A stretch of DNA of 63,708 nucleotides, counting the filler, from Vezdaea acicularis (lineage: Eukaryota), in the NCBI GenBank assembly GCA_026025075.1. It is 4 parts of 4 records of this genome, joined end to end, with 100 filler letters (N's around TTAATTAATTAA, not from the genome) between each part and the next. Parts side by side here need not be neighbours in the genome. Positions count along the whole stretch, not along the records: positions 59,828 to 63,708 come from JAPEUI010000309.1; 3 more parts are not named here. The stretch is one strand, 5' to 3'. The notes under the pieces were generated by a model, which did not search any database, was not told the origin of the DNA, and saw only the letters and a list, made by a program, of their open reading frames with translations. The position numbers were made by a program, and so were the translations under genes. Below are positions 61,971 to 63,708 of the stretch, piece after piece. Position 1 is the first letter of the stretch. The number at the start of each line of letters is the position of its first letter.

Positions 61971-63708
61971 ATGACTTCCGCCGATGTGCGTGACATGCTG
62001 AACCTGCCAAGCAACGACGGAAGCACAAGACCCGTCAAGAAGCAGAAGATCGTCGAGAAGCGTCCTGGTACGTCTTTGCCTGCTCGGTCCGAAAGTTAAT
62101 GAAGAAGCTGATTCTTCGTAGAGGGCGTCTCGAGAGAAGTCTTTGCGCTTCTTGGGGAGCATGCAGCTCCAGTGTCAATAGTTGAGGCAGTCAAGTACAA
62201 GGAGAAGCCCAAATGGTCGCAGAAAGTCACCCCATGGTGAGCTCATTCCATACCGCTTCTCACGATGTCTGTCCCTAACTGCCTGTCTAGGGAGGTGGCC
62301 TCTTTCACAAATCCGGCCCGTTCGGATGGTCTTGTTCTGAAGCACTGGCGTAAACGGCCCAAGCCCGCGCCTGTGCCCGTCCCCGCCCTTGAAGACGCCA
62401 GCGCCACGACCACAACGCCTCAAGAACCTCAGCCCCCACAAGAACCAGCAGTGGATCTAAACTATCACTTTGCGAAGTTCAACGTGAAAGTTTCCGTGCC
62501 AGAATACACAGATGCTGAATATTCAGGACACCTTCAGTCCCCCGACTGGACGCGCGAAGAGACGGACTACCTCTTTGATCTAATTCGCGACTTTGACCTT
62601 CGCTGGGTCCTTATTGCCGATCGGTATGACTACCAACCTGCCGGGCCCTCCAACAACTCTTCCGATGCGTCAACAGCCATGTCCGTCACCCCAAAGCCGC
62701 GCACAATGGAAGACCTCAAATCCCGCTACTACAGCATCTGCTCCACCCTTCTCTCTCTCCACTCGCCCCTCCAAACCCGCACCCAAGCCGAAGACACCCT
62801 CAGCACCCTCTACAGCAGCTTCTCTGCCGCCCAAGAGACCAAACGTAAAGCCCATGCCACGCAACTCCTAACGCGCTCTGCCTCCGAAGCAGCCGAAGAG
62901 GCCTACCTTCTCACGGAGCTGCGCCGCATCCTCTCGAACCAAGACCGCCTCCAACGCGAGCGCGACGAGCTTTACGCCCGCCTCGAAACGCCCCCAAGCC
63001 TCCAAAGCTCCGGGCTGGCGGGCATGTACACCACCTCGCAAGGCCTGGCACAGCTAATGCAAACCCTCCTAGCAGCCGACAAGACCAAAAAGGCACAAGG
63101 CCGCCGCAGCATCCCCGGCGGCGGCCCTGACGGCAGCATGCCGGGCCCCCACGCCGCCACCTCCTCCCCCGCCCTCCCCTCCTCCGCAACCCGCGATACC
63201 CACCACTCCTCCCACCGCGACTCCCTCTCTCACGCCCACCCCGGCCCGCAGAAAAAATCCTCCCTCCCCCTCCCCCCCGAACGACGACACCTGCCCCCCG
63301 ACATCGCCGCCCGCTACGGCATCTCCTACCACGACCGCCTCACCTCCGGCCCCTTCTTCCGCCACGACAAAGTCACCAAGCTCCTCACGCAAAAAAGTAA
63401 TATCCAAGCCCAGCGCATGGCGGCGGCGCTGACCGAACTGTCGATCCCGCCGCGGTTAGTCATGCCCACGAGGGGCGTCTGCGAGGTTTACGAGGGCCTG
63501 ATCGCGAAAGTGGGAGGCTTGCTCGAGGTCAGGAAGGTTCGAGAGCGCGTGGAGGGCGAGGTGCGGGTTCTTCAGGTCAGAGCTGGTGAAGTCGGGGCGA
63601 GCACAGGCAGTGACCCGCTCGCCGAGAAGGGCGGCGATAAGACCGGTCCCGAGGCCGGGCAGAATATGGATCTCGACCCACCCCCTTCCTCTGAACCCGA
63701 GAAGCAGA
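61971..63708 (+). CDS. SWC4: SWR1/NuA4 subunit Swc4/Eaf2 (DMAP1), 3'-partial
   Basis: MTSADVRDML, FTNPARSDGLVLKHW, FAKFNV, SANT WTREETDYLF...FDLRW, RTMEDLKSRYY; two introns; open at window end. Confidence 0.93.

Overview
Eukaryotic DNA from one or more filamentous ascomycetes (Pezizomycotina-like genes with short spliceosomal introns). The window is not one locus. It is four contigs (1-19914, 20015-39864, 39965-59727, 59828-63708) joined by artificial 100-nt N/TTAATTAATTAA linkers, with lengths decreasing in order. Most content is about 25 housekeeping genes (TFIIS, NDUFAF7-like methyltransferase, cysteine synthase, ATG6, CDF zinc transporter, VAS1, CDC1, CHR transporter, MIC12, R3H/SUZ protein, STS1, ARO2, AIM22, RAD52, SWIM-RING protein, TXL1, APE2, RRM-YTH protein, HEM2, ERP1, SWC4). 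Five non-routine signals stand out. (1) A ~1.75-kb non-coding, densely base-paired plus-strand region (51690-53450) that looks like a large structured ncRNA; it is telomerase-RNA-sized but has no TTAGGG template. (2) A MITE nested in inverted orientation inside a related MITE (7054-7431), both with CAC termini and GC-rich 5-bp target duplications (Transib-like signature). (3) A ~1.8-kb palindromic repeat array with stepwise shrinking units upstream of RAD52. (4) A required GA-AG intron in cysteine synthase. (5) A telomere only ~660 bp from a possibly C-terminally truncated CDC1. Gene names come from motif recognition and exon boundaries were read by eye; no searches or folding programs were run.
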